This document shows, one piece after another, positions 63,595 to 64,000 of a stretch of DNA of 64,000 nt. Within the stretch, counting starts at the first letter, position 1; each line of letters begins with the position of its first letter. Source of the DNA: an uncultured Chloroflexia bacterium. GTDB lineage: Bacteria > Chloroflexota > Chloroflexia > Thermomicrobiales > UBA6265. The stretch covers positions 36,490-100,489 of the forward strand of contig CAVZSG010000014.1 in NCBI GenBank assembly GCA_963777865.1, in the 5' to 3' direction. Position numbers and translations under genes: made by a program. Under the pieces are notes generated by a model. That model saw only the letters and a list, made by a program, of their open reading frames with translations. It ran no database searches and was not told the origin of the DNA.

Positions 63595-63695
63595 ACCACC
63601 GCTCTAGCCGAAGAAAACCCCTGCTTCGGAAAGCGCTTGTTGCACCGTATTAGCGCTCTCCCTCCCCTTCTATCCCCCGAAAGCCCTAAAGTCAC

Positions 63696-63725
63696 TTGAC
63701 ACGAACACGTGTTCGTTCGTATTCT
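63696..63725 (+). promoter_or_regulatory. lexA promoter (TTGACA-18-TATTCT) with a LexA box CGAACACGTGTTCG in the spacer
   Basis: Perfect palindrome at 63702-63715 of the GAAC-N4-GTTC (Cheo box) type, about 70 nt upstream of the lexA ATG. Confidence 0.65.
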
Positions 63726-63785
63726 GTTCTAGTTACTGGCCGCACCTGCGAGGTCAGTGTCTCTTACTCCGTGGAGACCAGATTC

Positions 63786-64000
63786 ATGAAAGAACTCTCT
63801 CGCCGCCAACGCATGATTCTCGATTTCATCGAGCAGTTTCTGCTGGACAATGAATATCCGCCAACGATCCGGGACATTCAGCGCGAGCTTGATATCTCGT
63901 CCACCAGCGTTGTCGATTACAACCTCAAGATTCTCGAGGGTCGAAGTCTGATCCGACGAAACCGCAACATTTCCCGCGGTATCGAGTTGGTGAATCGTCC
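63786..64000 (+). CDS. lexA: LexA repressor, N-terminal part (runs off the window)
   Basis: MKELSRRQRMILDFIEQFLLDNEYPPTIRDIQRELDISSTSVVDYNLKILEGRSLIRR is the LexA winged-HTH domain. Confidence 0.9.
   Translation, partial: MKELSRRQRMILDFIEQFLLDNEYPPTIRDIQRELDISSTSVVDYNLKILEGRSLIRRNRNISRGIELVNR

Overview
GC-rich bacterial chromosomal segment with about 55 protein genes, two tRNAs (Gly-CCC, Glu-UUC) and several recognisable cis-regulatory elements. I saw no rRNA, CRISPR array, transposase, integrase or phage genes. The gene content includes a T-box leader on pheST, a GAAC-N4-GTTC LexA box, a deazaflavin-dependent nitroreductase-family gene, ComEA/ComEC, DUF512 and FhaA/FhaB. This fits a monoderm high-GC lineage, tentatively Chloroflexota, but I cannot verify that without a database search. 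Housekeeping genes: pheS-pheT-hisD, eno, gpmI, icd-type dehydrogenase, ruvA, rpe, prmA, mfd, mutS2, cvpA, lexA (partial), comEA/comEC. Accessory content is as follows. (1) Two paralogous Sec-signal RTX-like calcium-binding repeat proteins. (2) An ECF sigma factor with an NHL-repeat membrane partner. (3) A redox cluster: FMN-binding protein, ApbE, an RnfD-like/FNR-like membrane reductase, a VIT iron transporter, then FMN reductase and SoxR. (4) Tandem M20 AbgB-like amidohydrolases next to an M14 carboxypeptidase. (5) A membrane-anchored YtxJ-type thiol protein beside a DinB-family protein. (6) A VapC/Phd-like toxin-antitoxin pair. Main caveat: roughly half of the genes, including essential pheS and pheT, are broken by frameshifts, and one (MlrC-like) has compensating shifts that leave its ORF open. 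I read this as assembly indel noise rather than gene decay. I found no convincing self-contained novel defence or mobile system. The least-explained signals are four. First, a near-consensus promoter drives a ~390-nt non-coding, hairpin-rich leader ahead of a 37-codon hydrophobic ORF (52.85-53.28 kb). Second, a 14-bp perfect inverted repeat covers a ribosome-binding site (18.52-18.57 kb). Third, an exact 11-bp tandem direct repeat lies upstream of the flavin operon. Fourth, a diverged 157-bp tandem duplication sits inside a GNAT gene.
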